Shown here: positions 38,056 to 51,343 of the stretch, piece after piece
How positions within the stretch are numbered: the stretch's first letter is position 1
Layout of the letters: each line of letters starts with the position of its first letter
Origin: Oopsacas minuta
Lineage: Eukaryota; Animalia; Porifera
DNA length: 64,000 bases
Assembly: GCA_024704765.1 (NCBI GenBank)
Contig: JAKMXF010000244.1
Span: 239,905-303,904, forward strand
Direction of reading: 5' to 3'
Program-made: the position numbers and the translations under genes
Notes under the pieces: model-generated
Database searches by the model: none
What the model was told of the DNA's origin: nothing
The model's input: only the letters and a program-made list of their open reading frames with translations

Positions 38056-38869
38056 TTACTATACATTTGGAAAAAATATAAATATAATCATTCCTGATTT
38101 ATCTTAAGACACACATTTGAAGCATATTCTAGTATGGAAACCTTTCTTATATTTCCACACTTTGAGCTGTTCTGACTCTAAATTGATACATAAATTCCTT
38201 CAATAATACGGTAGACTCCGCTTTTAATTGAGCCACCGGTTGATCAGTTCAACAACTTTATCCTGAAATCTAGGATGATAATTTTATCTCTATAGGGGGC
38301 ACAGGTTTGGTTAAATAAACTAGCTCTCTATATTTAAAATAGTGTTCTTGCTGGGATAGATAGGGATGATATCTGTAAAAGATAGTTTGTTCATATAACA
38401 CTTCGAAGTGCTAGATGATTATACGTGTAAATGAACTCATATCACCCTATCTGCATAAGTACTTTTAGGGTAGGGTGGTATGGAGTGTTACAAGTTATAC
38501 CCTACCTAATTCTCCTACAAAATGGGGGCACAAGAATAATTACCAGTAGGATATCCAATTCAGGCGGTGAGTGATACGTAAAGTTTGAACCACCACGTTA
38601 GTGCCAGGAAATTAACCCATATATATTTCCACTCGATAACTAGTCAGATGAATCATGTCAAGTCATAAATATTCTACATTGATTGATTAATATCCACGTG
38701 TGATGGGTTTACAAAATAATAGGATAAATAATTATAGTAAATTATAACTTAGATATTTAAGGGTAGTAGTGCAGTAAGTTAAGTCTGAGAGATCAAGTGA
38801 GGTGCAGTTACCGCATCATAACCAGTGTTCTTCTTCCATGGTAGATGCAACTCAATTGAAAGGATACAG

Positions 38870-39475
38870 GAGAGGAGTAGAGAGAAGTGAGTAGAGAAGG
38901 GAGATGGTTGGCATAGGTTGTGTGAGCAAAGAAGAGTTTGTAAAGCAGGGGTTCATACTAAAGGGGTGGTGATAGTCAAGCACACGAATGAGCACTCCCA
39001 TGGACCTGACGGGCAGGCATGAAGAGGAAAATACGGTAGTCCCGATTAACAGCATTGAGTTTGTGTGGCCCAACAGAGTGGCGAAGTGCTCATTCTTCCA
39101 CCTAACACAGAATATCTGGCGCGATGTGCGGGCTGTAGGGGATACAGTCTGACTATACACATGATGAAGTGCTGGCTATGGCATCCGGAAGATGCCAGCC
39201 CTTGCATTTGCCCTACCAGCAGACGTTCCAAACTATTTGAGCAAGTGTTAATAAGCCTCCCACCTACGACCAAGATAGCCGATCTACTCGACTACTTCGA
39301 GAGGACGTAGATAAGGCGCATGCTAGCGTTTAGCATATAGCAGAGACGTTCCCATTGACCTCTGGAACTACCACGTCAGCATGCCCTTCGGGACTCTCCC
39401 GTACAACCAACGCCATAGAGGCATGCCACCGCAGTTTCAATATCACTGTCGGTTGCCATCTCAGCCTGAGAACGG
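38870..39475 (+). mobile_element. MULE transposase remnant (FLYWCH-like start fused by deletion to C-terminal DDE region)
   Basis: KHTNEHSHGPD, CSFFHLTQNIWRDV, ADLLDYFERT, FPIDLWNYH and RTTNAIEACHRSFN. Confidence 0.8.
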
Positions 39476-39599
39476 ATGTTAATCTTCCATAATCTAGTCC
39501 CCAATATATTCCATAATACTTTAGATTAACATGTTAATCCGCTCTCAGACTGAAATTATGTGCTACCACGACAAAAAACTACACCTTAGTACGAATTGG

Positions 39600-40050
39600 T
39601 AAATAATACTCACTAACTAAAGTGTTCAACCCGCAGAGACCTCCTCCGCTTGGTTAGTGGCTTCCCAGCAATGTGGTTAGTCTGCCGCGCCTCCACTAGG
39701 CTCGCTCACACTTGAGAGCGAGGATGAACTTCCATATGGTGGGGTAATGGGAGCCGAGAGTGGCATTGAAACTGTGTTGGCATGCCTCTATGGGGGAGTA
39801 TGAAGGGCGTGTGGATGTGGTAGTTCCACAGGTCAATGGGAACGCCGCCGCTATATGCTAAACAGTGTGCGCCCTATGTACGTCCTCTCGAAGTAGTCCA
39901 GTAGATCGGTTATCTCGGTCGTAGGTAGGAGGTCCATTGACACTTGCTCAAACAGTTCGGGAATGTCTGCTAGCAGGGCGAATACAAGGGGTGGTATCTT
40001 CCGGATGCCCATAGCCAGCACTTCATCACGTGTGTAGTCAGGCTGTAGCC
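39600..40050 (-). mobile_element. Second MULE remnant, inverted relative to 38870-39475
   Basis: LQPDYTRDEVLAMGIRKIPPLVFAL...TDLLDYFERTYIGR...FPIDLWNYH; clearly homologous at nucleotide level to 39143-39460. Confidence 0.85.
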
Positions 40051-41809
40051 AGACAATGTGAAATATTAGTCTAGAGTCATATTTAGAAATATAAATGATC
40101 GAAAACCGCATCTTTACAAAATGTTATTTCATGATAAAGTTCACACGTTTCTGAGTAATGACACAAACCATGAATGCTAAATATTTTCCCAATATCAACT
40201 TATAACTCTATAATTGTGGAAATTATAGTAAAATCTGGATAGCCATGTTATAGCATACACACAACTTCCCAAACCATTGTCATACATATACTTAGAAACG
40301 TGCGAACTTTATCATAAAAAGTCTATATTTGTACCTGTAATTCTCATATTTGTGTTTGGAATTTCAACATTTAGACATAGATTCATAATTAACGTTTTAC
40401 AGAATTTCAAAGATGGAGCAGTTTTTAACATATATTTGCCAATTAAGCTAACAAATGACGTCACTTCGATCTAATAACTCACAAAAATGGTTTTTGTGAA
40501 TTTTTACAAATCAATAATTCATTTACTCGAGTAAAAATGTACCAGTATCTTATTATCGGCAATTATAGATTCTCCCATCATAATATATCACTTCTCCTTA
40601 ACAATGGTCCAATGAAATTGACTCAGGGATCAAGCCTTATCTTTAGTAGGCTATGTATGGATATAATATGCTTATATAGTTTTCAGAGTTCAACAAATAG
40701 AATAATGACTAATATTCGTATGACTCAACCAAAACAATTCAGAAATATACTTGGCAAATCTTGATATTTTATGATAATCACATTTTCATGCCACGTTGGC
40801 TCTGGACTAATATTAAATGGCTGATTAGCCATCTAGTGTAAGAATAGCATAACAAAAATAATTCTTTTCAAAGATCTCAAAATATATCGCTATTCTTGTG
40901 AATATTGGGACGGAGAGTTGATTATATCCTGTCGCGCTAGCATGAAAAGAAGTTAGCTGTTTTCACATCCAATGCACAAAGTGCCGAAAGATAATTCAAG
41001 AGCACAAGGGTATTAATGAATGCTACAATATAGTATGTCATCATACCAGCCTTCCAGAACTATTCTAACACCTTTGTTCTAATTGTGTATGGCATGTCAT
41101 CATACTGGCCTTCTTGAACCTTTGTAAACGATATGTTCTCATTATGTATACTTTCAGTTACTGGTAGGACCACGAGGACAAATTGTATGGATAGATTACT
41201 TGCGAAATATGCTCAAGCTGTAAGAGTATGTCTTTCAATAATGGTGAAATATAATATGACAAGAACCAAATTTAGGGAAAATGTAGACACCCTAATGTGT
41301 TTTGACCCATACTTCGACTTCAATCGTGTGTAAAAAATCCTACGTCAATTCTATATCACAAAAACATGTGCATAGAAAGAGTAAATCAAGGTTGTAGAGG
41401 AATACATTGCTAAGGTAAACAGTGTATATATCACAATCACAAGCTTTGTATTCTGGAAGGTTGTAGGTTAATGCAGGGGAAGTCTGAAATACTGGGACTT
41501 TGACATCATATTACTTTAAAATATGAATAGAACAAAATGAATAGTATGCAATTATATACATCAAATAATGCGACAATGGTAGAAACAGGAAAGGAATAAT
41601 ATGGAAATGGGAAGCAATAATTATGGACTCTGTAAATAACATATTTATTTAAATATTTGTGCACATGCAAATATATGGAAGTACTTTTAAAACATCTACA
41701 TCAGTTTGCTTAAGACACAAACAAGGGATTAATATCATTTCAGGCCAAATACGTGTATTAGAACATTGTGAGAATGTATGTCATCAATCCAGCAATTAGA
41801 AATTTGGTC

Positions 41810-42032
41810 CAGTGCCGTAACCACGTGTGTGCCTAATCAGGTTGGAGGCCCCCCTCTCAAGCAAATCATACATTTTTGAATGAATTATCTCAAAATAACT
41901 GAAATCGAAATGTATTTGAATTGGTAAACAATTATGATTCTTTTCTTCTAACCTTCAAGCTAACAAAGCCAAGGGGTAATGCCCGGAATGGGGTCCCTCA
42001 GCGATGGCGGTGTTGCGGGGGAGGTAGTTACC
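41810..42032. mobile_element. hAT-type MITE with truncated right TIR
   Basis: Left CAGTGCCGTAACCAC and right GTAGTTACC; flanking 8-mers ATTTGGTC and ATCTGGTC (7/8) fit a hAT TSD. Confidence 0.55.
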
Positions 42033-45000
42033 ATCTGGTCATTAATCTGCTTAGTAAGCAATAAGTTTGGCAAAATTGTTCTACCTTAAATTACTCAAGT
42101 CTATACCCTACTATACATAATGACACAGGGTAACCATTGGACTAGAGATAGATTAGTGATTAGAACCAAATCTATCTTAGATATAATGAATACTTATATC
42201 TCTTATACAGGAACACATTATCAGCTACAAGTATACTTTAAAATTTAGAGGAATGTGTCAAAAGATTTCAAACAATGAAATTGGTAGAATATTTCATATG
42301 TTGTTGCCCTGTAGAGGGTCAAATAATACGTCTTTCGTTTCATAAGATAATTAATGTTCCAAAGATACTTTCATAGAAATTTTAAAAATAATAGTACAAA
42401 AGTAGGCTAAAAATTGAGTTACAATAGAGATGAGTGATGACACATTTAATTAATATCCAAATATAGCTAATTATGTTAAAAAATTTCAAATATGGAAAGG
42501 AATTTCAATTAAATGACAGAATTGGGACAAACTGATAATAGGTTTAGTTATGATAACTCCCACCAATGTGACGTAATATTAAGGCTGCCCATGTATGGTA
42601 ATGAAATTACACAAAGATATCAAAATGTATTATCAGAATATTGGAATTTAATATTTGCTACAAAGTACCAATCATGATTCGACAACTTTGACAAATATCG
42701 AGTTCTAATCCCATATTCATAAAGGTTTGTTATCCCTACCCTCAACTGGAATTAAAGTACGAGCCAACAAAATTGTTATGCAAGTTCATGATACTTTGTA
42801 TAAAGCCATCAATGGATCATTTATTAGATCACCTGGAGATGAGATACGGAGACAAGATGTTCCTAAAGGGTCAAAGAACAATATATTTTTCCAAAATATG
42901 CATACCCGACACACATTGAAACTATAATGAAATTTCAAACGTTAATTAAGTATCCCTGAACCATTCTTCCGAATTTCGACAAATGAGAATATTGGCAACG
43001 AAAGATAAGTGAGATTTAAGGCAATAGTTTGGTCAAGTTTGATAAACATAAATAATGAAAAGACAAAGTTAATAGACTCTACATATCCAATTTGGCCTTC
43101 AAATTGCGTTAAATATTATGTTATTTCTTTGTTGAATGCGAGATATTATCAGTACAAACTTAAACCCGGTTCCCAGATACTATTATTGATTTACTGGATA
43201 CTGGATAGAGGTTCCAGTGTTCCCAAATGATTTTTGAAACTACTCATAACTAGGATTGAGAGATGACTCTGTTACATCTATATAGAGCCACAATTTGTCA
43301 CCCACAATTTTGAGTTCTTGGTGAATGATAGCATTCAATTCATCCAAGACAATGTTAGTGATTAATAGATTTGTGCAAGGATATTCAAGTCAGTTCTAGT
43401 GAGTTCTATAAGTTGCGATAATACAATACACCCTCGCAAAATCCGAACAGCACTCTTCGATTAACAAGATAATTTTCTTATAAATAAATTTGATAAGAAA
43501 TCAATGTAATAGATAGAAAGTAAGCAATGTGTACAATCTTCCATACGATAAAAAGGATACAAACATGTGCCAAATTTTTGTACAAGTAGTATTCAACAAG
43601 TTTTTGGTGTGATCACGATGAATTTGTAGATATGATACTTAGGCTCAAAAATTTTTCTCGTTCTATGGCAAATATTTTCAAATTCAAATGATTTCAAACC
43701 TCATATAACTATTGGACTTTGCTGGTTAACATTGTTCTTGACCAAATCTAGGAAGGTCTCTTAAATTATATATTTTAAGCCACACTTTGATCATTAAATA
43801 GATAATTATCCAATTAATTATGTAATTACTGATTGCTTAATTCTAAAATACGATGGAGAAATTCTGAGAGCAAATATTGGATTCTAAGGATATGAAAACA
43901 TCCCAGCATGAACTTCTAGAATTGCTTTAGCCAAGTCCTGTTGGCTTGTTAGCATATAATATTTGTGCCAGATGTGGCAGAATTGACTCAAATCAATTAA
44001 TTGTGCACCACTTCGGATGTTAATACAAACTTTGCCAAAATCGACATAATTCAAATCATGCATATAATTCCATCTAAGTTTAGAGAACCTCAAATGTATT
44101 TAATTTTATGTTAATTTGTAGTTCCAATATTTTAGTTATGTGGCACAATTATTAAAATGCTAACAAATCAACAAGGTTTGTTCTAAACAATCACAAATGT
44201 TCTCACTGGGGAATAGAGGCTCGTAGAATTCATTTTGCCATTATCTAATTAATTAACAAAGTGTGGTTGATAATATAGAAAATGAAAATCTTTACTAGAT
44301 TTAGTCTGGAACAATTACAACAAACATATTTACCAGTTCTTGTAGGGATGACATCATAAAAATAACATATATTCGCAGTACATAGAGAAAATACAACCAA
44401 AATTTAGTGTTGTTGAAAGAATCTTCTCAATTAGTGAATACTTATACTTTAACTGTGTATGAATAGTACAGATTTGACTTAGTTAGACTCTTTGCCATCT
44501 TCACTCTGGGAATGTTGCTACTGGAATATGGTAGTAAGTACTCCAATTCACTGGAAATTACACGTATTAACAATCGTAATATAACCGATACTTTATATGT
44601 CTCCTAGGTATTAGACAAACTCTTTGGCCATGGAGTCCGAGCGGTTTACCAGGCAATTAGTGCCTTGATCTGAAATCAAAACAGTATTTTGAACCGTGGA
44701 GACCTCGAATCGTGACTTCTATGCACTGATTAATTGAATAAGATAAAGTTAGATAAAATATTTAAGTGTTACAGCAAATTTCTATTGAATGAAGCATCAA
44801 GATATGTCCGAGCAATCTCCGGGTAGACCTATGTGCATCCCAGATTCCAGGTGTACTTGTGGTTACGATGTTGCAGTACTAGACCCAAAGGCAAAACCAA
44901 TATATTTAATACTACTGTTCAATAATGAAATCCATAATAGCCAAATTAGTACACAAATTAGATAAAATAAAATATACTCAAATATAAAGTGTAGTAAAAT

Positions 45001-46437
45001 GCATCCTGATCAGGCCAAATATAATTATATGGCCAGTACACTAAAAACATAGCGAAATTGCGTCAAAACCAAAGATGGTCATTATAATGATAACAAGCTC
45101 CATTTAGCCAAGTGGAGTTAAATAAGGGAATTTCCGTGGTTTCCAATAGTGTTCCCCATATGTGAATTCCCATAGAAGGAAACCATTCCCATTCCCACGA
45201 CAGGTCAAAACTCCGCGTATTCACATTATCATAGCAGTTTTGGTGAAATATTATTTATATTGAGCAATAACTTCCATCCATGGGAATCCCTCTAGGTCTT
45301 CTTATATGGGAATTCGAATATAAAGAAAAGACTCCAATTTCCATGTGGATTCCATAGAAATCCTGTAAATTGTGGCCTACACAATAGAAGTTAAAGTTAG
45401 CACTATATCTATAAATAACCCATTTGTGTTGAGGAAAGACACAAATAGTGTATTTGGGGATATAGTGCGAACAGGAGAAACTGCTAAAGATAAAGGGGAT
45501 AAAATCGACTGGATTAGATTCCATATAGATCAACAAATATTGATCATTAATCAAAGTGTTAAAAAACTGAATGATATATAGCAGCCATGTAAAGCACGTT
45601 TCTGAGTTACAGTAGGTACTGTAGATGGCACACTTTGTCAATATCCATAAAAAACTGAAAACTAGTTGAAATGATAGTCAGTTCGATTTATTGGGAAGCC
45701 TGTTACTAGGGAAAACAGCCATATAGGGACAAATCTCCAAGAACGGTACCATCACCATTATATGAAAATTAAAATCTTTCGGCTATTCAGGACAAACTCC
45801 AGTAATCAAGTGAAAATCAGTAACTCATTCACGACCAAATTTCTGATGATTTTTGGGAAATTGAAATAAGCTAGGTAGATGATAGCCAAAATTTTGATAA
45901 ATAGAAACGAAATTAGGAATATAGCAAATCAAATTCTACTTACAAAATATTGCTATCAAAATTGATTCACGAAAGCAACTGACGATCAGCAAATTCAAAG
46001 TTCGGCGTCACCATACATTGGTTAAGACAGTGGCTATTGATAGAAATGTGACATCCATGGTATATAATGTAGCTCATAAACGTACCAGCTTGATCATGAT
46101 GTCCTTCAAATATGAAGAAACTTAAATAAACTCTCCTTATAAGTGTCGATGCCAGTTGGGAGTGTACCTTGAGAAATCTTTTCCGTCAATATTACGGAAA
46201 CTAAAGTATACAAACTTCCGACTATAGAATTAATATTAAAGAGTTCAATATTCCACTAAGATATATTGAATAGAGATACAGAAGTATTGCTGAGCAATAG
46301 TATAGACCGGTATTGCAATACAAAAACAAACAACCTCATTCAAAAGGTGAGTTTTCAATAATCCGAAAAAAGACTTTCCTTCAAGAAAGAAAAGCTGTAC
46401 CATAGAAAAGTTAATCTATAGGTATATATAGTAAATA

Positions 46438-47746
46438 CAAGGATTGTTCAATAAATAATGATACTTTTTCATAATTCATATAGTAAAACCTATACTCATC
46501 ATAATTGATCATCAAATGTGTCGATAAGTTCCCCCTTTACTTTATACATCGTTTCCATCGTTCTGGCAACTTTTCCAGCCCAGTGGCATAGAACTTTTAG
46601 AGGTCCCGCTTTCACACTGTTTTATTTCATACTCCAGCCTTTCGAAATCCTCAAATCTCCTCCCTCGAAGAGGGCTCTTCATCTCTCCAAACAGCCAGTA
46701 GTCGCTGGGAGCCAAGTCTGGACTATACGGGGGATGAGGGAGGCATTCGAATCCTAAATCGTCAATTGCAATCATTGTCTTGGAGCTGACATGGGGCCTT
46801 GCGTTGTCGTGTTGCAGCAATACGCCAAGTGTCAACTTACCTCGCCTCTCACGTTTAATAGCTTGACGCAATTCTTTCTATTAGTCAACGTAAATAATCA
46901 CTGTTTATGGTTGTCTTCTCAGGCAACCAGTCGAGGTGTATAATTCTTTCCTTATCTCAAAATACTGTTGCCATTCTCTTCCCTGCTGATTTCGCGGCCT
47001 TTACCTTGATGGGTACAGGTTCATCACGTCTCTTCCACTGCTTTGATTGAGTTTTGCTCTCTGGTTCATAATAATGAAACCAAGTTTCATCCCTGTTACT
47101 ATACGATGTAAAAAGTCTTCCTCTGCCTTGTACCTTGAACGTAAATCTTTGCTAACTCTGACCCTTTCGCGTTTTTGTACTTTTGAAAGAAGTTTAGGGC
47201 ACAACGAGCAGTTATCTTTGACATTTCCAGATCTTCAGTGATAATCGAGTGTAGTGTGGCTTTTGATATACTTACTCTCTCTTCCAACTCTCGCAGGGTT
47301 ATTCGTCTGTCCTCGTCCAAAATTGTTTGGACCCTCTCGATATTACTGCGGGTTTTTGAGGAATTGGACGACCCGGACGAGGGTCATCGTGGAGTTCCTC
47401 ATCGCCATTATCAAAACGTTCGATCCATCTATATATGGTGGCTTTCGAAGGACATTCGTCACCGAAAATATCTTGCATTTCACGAAGAATGTATGAACCA
47501 GTCTTCCGCTTTTTCCACAGGTACCAAATTATTTGTCGTTTTCCTTCTTTGCTAAAATCCATTAGTTGAAAAAAGTAGCCTATACAAATAAACTTTATGC
47601 TGAAGAATATGCTAGTAGAGTAAAGAGTATATTGTATCGAAGTTAGAGAATCAAGTTAGGCTTGTAATCTGATATTAGGCTTAGAGCTGTATTAACTAGA
47701 ATATGAATTCGATACATTAGTCTGAATACTTATTGAACAACCCTTG
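46438..47746 (-). mobile_element. mariner (DD34D) transposon, full length, inactivated
   Basis: TIRs CAAGGATTGTTCAATAAATA and TACTTATTGAACAACCCTTG (18/20). Transposase 47562 to about 46550 with IVTGDETW, LQHDNARPH...HPPYSPDLAPSDY (34 spacing) and several frameshifts. Confidence 0.95.
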
Positions 47747-48504
47747 TTTATATTTTGGAAATACAGCAGACTAATTTAGGAGGTAAAATAGATACAAGTT
47801 CTTACAGACAAGGAAATTGAAATAAACTCAACTTGGAGCATCATTCTGAGAGGTTGCACTGTATAATCAGTATTATTTACAAAATTTATAAGTTTGAATA
47901 AAAACTTGAGAAATTGATTTTGAAAAATAATAACTTAATTGGAACATTGTAAACGAAACCACCTGATGGTAAATTTTCTTTGCCTTATACGAGTTGGTAT
48001 TAACCCGGTTAATAACTATTGAATAGCCATTGTAACTGCTGATGTGTATCTATTTGTTAGAAATATTCGGTAAAATCGAGGTTTTATTGTTTGTTTCTTA
48101 CCACCATTTAAACTGTTATAGTTCTATGCTTCGCGCTCACAAACATTTTCATCAAAGGATCTTGCAGCCATTATACACGACGCGGTTCCAGATAAAGGCC
48201 AGACGGCCATCGAATAAACTTAAAATCTATCTTACATGATACTAATCCAAAGAATTATTCAAAGGAATTCTTGAGTATAGCCAATCAAGCTCTATAATAT
48301 ACCTACGTATCCAGATTACTCAACTGGTCAATCATTTAGAGAAATTTTGGAAGGTAAAACTGTTACAGTCAATTACATAAGGGAACAAGATTGGAACCAA
48401 TGGTTTATCTGATGCAATAGCCTCCTTGAAAGAAGGGTTCCGTTAACAGAAAAATGTTCTAGAAGGTTAGAAACAAAGGGTATTACAGAAATACATATAC
48501 TTAC

Positions 48505-48727
48505 TTTAATGTTGGATTCAAAGATATTGATATCACGGAGTTTTCTATAATTTTCTCTAGAACCAGCCAAATACAAAAGTAACTTGCGAACATTTCTTCT
48601 ACCTGCTCCTTGAGATTGTGCAGTAATAAACATGTATTCGCATAATGAATTCAACCAGTCATTTGAAAATTCTAAATCTTTCAGACCGCTATACGAACTA
48701 CAAATTCTCTTCAATTGACAGGCCAAT
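48505..48727 (-). CDS. UBR4: UBR4 coding exon B
   Basis: Acceptor TTCCTCCTTAG|A and donor ATT AAA|GTAAGT. Translation (R)LACQLKRI...FSNDWLNSLCEYMF...RRNVRKLLLYLAGSRENYRKLRDINIFESNIK matches recalled UBR4 RLPYQIKK...WFYFLSEYLM...RRQVRKLLLFICGSKEKYRQLRD. Length 223 nt fits phase 2 in, phase 0 out. Confidence 0.93.
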
Positions 48728-49459
48728 CTAAGGAGGAATATTATGAAATTTTGTAAACACAGCTTTGGACTAGACTATAAATATGCTTTGTTAGTATATG
48801 GGTGGACAAAATATGTTTTGCTAATTGGTTCCCATATACAGTATATCCTTTTGGAAAGATGTGAGCTAATAATAATTTGGGGACAGGTCGATAATTTAGA
48901 CGACAAAATTGCTAAAAAACAGAAAAATTAAAATCAAATTTGCTATCTACTTAATTTGATAAAAGAGTATAGTATAACATTTATATGAAACACTCATTAA
49001 TTTAAGTATCAAAATCACCAACCTTGTGTCACTTAGTGAAACCTATCACCATATGTATAATGGTTGCAAATGGAATCAAGTTGTACATAGTGCCATGGGT
49101 TGAAACCTTTCACCATTTTCATTTAATATCTAAATAGGAAGTATACAAACTGAAGTTCAAATACATAGAATGCAAACTAGACATGGGATATGCTATAAAT
49201 CTTACAGTGTAAATGGTCTTAGCATTCGGCCAATTTTCATTATTTGTTTATTAGTCTGGCAAAACTATCGATCGTCCTCTTAATCCTAGGTTGCCGTGTA
49301 ATTTAAAGAGAGTTTTGCGATAGTTAGACATAAATATTGTAAAGGGCGTGGTTTGATCACAACCACCGAACATCCCCTCTGGATCAACCTCTGCTTTATT
49401 GAATGGCCACATACCTCGATACATACTAATTATAAGTAGATACACCGGGATGATTACTA

Positions 49460-49610
49460 CAGTAGACTCTCATTAATAAGTACACCAGGGACTGCCCAAA
49501 TTGTACTCCTTATCCGGAGTACGTATTTTCCGAACAAATTTACATTGAAAAGGCATCGAATGGGATTGATAAAGTGTAAATATTTGTACCCTTTATCCGG
49601 AGTTACACTA
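49460..49610 (+). mobile_element. Tigger/pogo-like terminal fragment (similar end at about 38209-38260)
   Basis: TA|CAGTAGACTCTCATTAATAAG with repeated CTTATCCGGAG motifs; TA|CGGTAGACTCCGCTT at 38209. No partner TIR was found. Confidence 0.45.
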
Positions 49611-51109
49611 TAACCGTGTTTGCATTAACGATACTCTTCGGTAATCAACTAGAAATTGTACAATTAATACCATATACAAATTAGGCGAATCCGATTCAGT
49701 GAACCTAGGTATACGTATAACATCGGGACGCCAAAAATATCAAATTATGGTAAATATACCACAGCACCTGGATTAAAAACAGAGCATCTTTGCTAACGAC
49801 TACTCTTGTCAGAAACATTGAAACAAATACATCAACAATATGCAGTTTGATTTGATGTTCGACCAACTGCGGATTCCAAGGAGGCAATTGTCACCTCATA
49901 TTTCAAAATTAGAATAACTGAAATCAATTAGTAAACAAGAATATAAACGTACATCAAAGAATCAGAAAGTACCGAATTGCTGGGATATACCTAACGAATT
50001 GTACTTCTAGTATGTGTACTATGTAGTATTCTATAAGAAATCAAAAGCTAGCTCTGATAAGTTCAATTTTGCTCCCCCAGAACCTTTTAAAGAATCCGCC
50101 ACTGATTTCGATAAATAAGATAAAAATTTTAGTGATAAATATTTCCTCGAAGACGAGCTTCCAATTATGTGTGCAATTCTGCCTTGAGATTTAATTGTAT
50201 ATGAAGGATTTAAGAAGAATTCCATCCTGAGTGTATAGGCTAGGGTAATAGCGAAAGTTATATTATGTATTACTTGTCAATAATTCTGAATCTCAATTAT
50301 GGAAGTACAAAAGTACATTAGACCTTTTAGATTTTGAAGTAAGTACTTCATTACTGAGTGTTGTGATAGTCTTAAAATAATTACTAAACTTATGAACGGA
50401 CTATATAGAGTTTAGGCAATTAATTGTTTAGTTGTTGATGGAAACAGAAAATTGAAATGTAGTTATATTGATTCAATGTTTGGTAAGAATTATGTGTTTA
50501 GTTGGAAAGATTTGAACTGTTTAATTGCTTGGCTATTGAGTTTTAGAGTCATTTAAAGCAAATGGAAATCATTTGTAATACTAATCGAAAGGGTAGAACT
50601 ACTTTGAATAGCAGAATGGCAAATCTCCTAGCTGAAAAAGATTTAAGACATCGATAATTGGTAAAAAAATGATTGAAAGTCAGAAGGTAAGAAATTCACT
50701 CCCCGGAGCTAGAGATGTATGGAAGATTGAAGAGTGCATACATTTTTAATCGAAGACCAAATCAATATGCTTGATTATAGAATAGCTGCAAAGTATGTAT
50801 CTGAGGGTTCTATTCACAGGTCACTGAAACATATTTTGATGAAAATACACGACCATTGAGATGTTTTATGTTTCTGGATCAGAATTATAGGAAAATCCAA
50901 AGATTCATTCAATAAACATTCTCTCTCTAGATCTTTACCATTCTCGATAACAATCAATATCACACTTGCTATAAATACTCGAATTACAGAAGCAGAATAT
51001 ATATTCCAATAATTAAACCAAATAGCATTTTCGACTGATTTCAAGATGAGTAAGTACGATTCTGGAAATTAAGAATATGTCGTAGTGTGATAGTAATGTT
51101 GGAAAGATA

Positions 51110-51343
51110 GTGATCGATAGCAATATTATTACTGGAACAAAGATGGGTGAACTATATCGAACATACTTTGAAGAACAGAATAGTTTCGATCAGAATAGAC
51201 ATCATGTGCTGTGTAACACTTGCAAACTGTACATGTTCAAAAGGTCGTCTGGTCAGCTAATGCAAAAACCTCCTATACGTTTTGAATGGCCAACTATTTG
51301 AAATACAAGGTCACCAGCTTGTAGTGAACCAAATCTATGTATA
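51110..51343 (+). mobile_element. Chapaev/Transib-like transposase N-terminal zinc-finger fragment
   Basis: HVLCNTCKLYM...RFEWPTI*NTRSPACSEPNLCIMC: a CxxC followed by a C...CxxC arrangement. Confidence 0.45.

Noticed and set aside
45372-45581. 69-aa plus ORF as a nested gene
   Set aside because: It has no splice context or recognisable domain and may be a decayed retroelement piece. It cannot be supported.
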